This document shows, in pieces, positions 62,863-64,000 of a stretch of DNA of 64,000 nt. Both the position numbers and the translations under genes were made by a program. The stretch is from the NCBI GenBank assembly GCA_964106915.2, contig OZ066918.1; one strand, written 5' to 3'. Source of the stretch: Podarcis gaigeae (lineage: Eukaryota). Numbering within the stretch: the stretch's first letter is position 1; every line of letters begins with the position of its first letter. A model generated the notes under the pieces. It was not told where the DNA came from. It searched no databases and saw only the letters and a list, made by a program, of their open reading frames with translations.

Positions 62863-63699
62863 AGAAGTATAAAAGTATCTGTATATCATTATCTGTTAAT
62901 GTTTCTTATAGTAAAAAGAAAAGGCACCATGCTATACTGAGTGAAAAGTGTCCCCTTGTCCCCATACCCATGAAGGTCACAAATGCATGTTTCAATTTTA
63001 AGGTGCTGTGCCTCAACATGTATTACAAAGTTCTCTGCTAATGAAATGAAGAATTAATGTTTTGTATTTTGTGGAGAGTTTTTTTAAAGAAAAAACATGA
63101 GGGAGATTTTAGTTTCTAAGTAGCATTATATTGGTCTACATTAATAATTTTCACAGCAGGTCTTCAGTACTTTTACTGCAAACAATCACAGCCTTTGTTT
63201 CTCAGATCCTCTTAGGTCTGACGTTCGATCAAAGTCCTCACATCAGCAGCTAAGGAAAAATGTGAAATGCTGAACTGCACTACAAAGCTACCCTCACAGA
63301 TCATGCAAGTGATTCTGAAAGGTAGACATTATGGGCCTCTTTTCGGCTCGTTTTTATTAGCCAGCTGTTACATTTAAATCTAATTTGACACAGCATAATG
63401 TAAACATCTCTTTTTGCTCATAACCATGTTACATGCAGCAATATCCTACATAACATTATTTGACGTAATTTAAATACAATCCTATGAGCAATGCTGACTT
63501 AACAGTAGAGGCAAAATAAGAGACGCAGTAAAGTTACAGGTCTTGCATCTAAAATTAGGTTGCAACTATGTAAACTATGTAAAACTAATTAGCAACCTTG
63601 ATCTCTAGGATACCGATATCCTGTGTACCACATGGTACAAAAAACCTAAAAAGAGAAAAGTGAAACAGAAAGCACACCTTCACCTCAAACTGCCTGGTT

Positions 63700-63881
63700 T
63701 TGGTTAAAATAAAATATCAAAGAAATTGTGAACTCTAAATAGCTACCACAAGAAAACTTGAATGGAAAACAGTCCTGAGGAATTTCATTCCTTTGAACCT
63801 CCAAGTAAAACCTTTAAGTAAGATTATGCAAACCTAAAAACTCCATCCTGATTAAGATAAAAAATGCACCCCTTTCTCCAA
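63700..63881 (+). other. Possible non-coding first exon/promoter of the nested antisense gene KCNJ13
   Basis: Synteny (mammalian KCNJ13 lies antisense in this GIGYF2 intron) plus + strand donors GTAAGA at 63818 and GTAAGT at 63882. No KCNJ13 coding sequence is in the window. Confidence 0.25.
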
Positions 63882-64000
63882 GTAAGTTCGTGTGGATTTC
63901 TCCACAGCTGCTAGGGTATGTGTTGGGGAAAGAAAGCTTGAACAAATCAGCATTCTTTTCCACATGACCACAGCTAATTGGCCCCCCTGCAGACTGAATG

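Noticed and set aside
57511-64000. KCNJ13 coding exons
   Set aside because: No inward-rectifier motifs seen in the ORF track or by eye within the window

Overview
Vertebrate genomic DNA from a squamate reptile (Sauria SINE and lizard-type MITEs; probably a lacertid lizard). It covers the conserved NGEF-SNORC-GIGYF2(-KCNJ13) synteny block. I traced three spliced genes exon by exon with consistent splice phases. (1) The last 6 coding exons of NGEF/ephexin-1 (+; DH end, PH, SH3; stop at 8991). (2) The complete 3-exon SNORC/C2orf82 cartilage proteoglycan (-; 121 aa; ATG at 29075). (3) The last 21 coding exons of GIGYF2 (-; about 1105 aa, including the DDX6-binding motif, GYF domain and polyQ/E-R tracts; stop at 34814). 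The introns carry many transposons: a decayed DIRS tyrosine-recombinase retroelement with inverted termini, a 2 kb composite hAT element with a perfect 8-bp TSD and LINE cargo, a 5'-truncated L1 with a 17-bp TSD, Tc1/mariner/pogo-type MITEs, a probable solo LTR, SINEs and L2 ends. Most ORF-track entries are noise or partial exons. I find no convincing wholly new biological system. The best leads are a candidate GIGYF2 poison exon, a GC-AG intron, the composite hAT element, the DIRS relic, an inverted MITE pair that could promote circRNA, and a possible KCNJ13 first exon at the window end. All gene and repeat-family names come from recalled sequence similarity, not from a database search.
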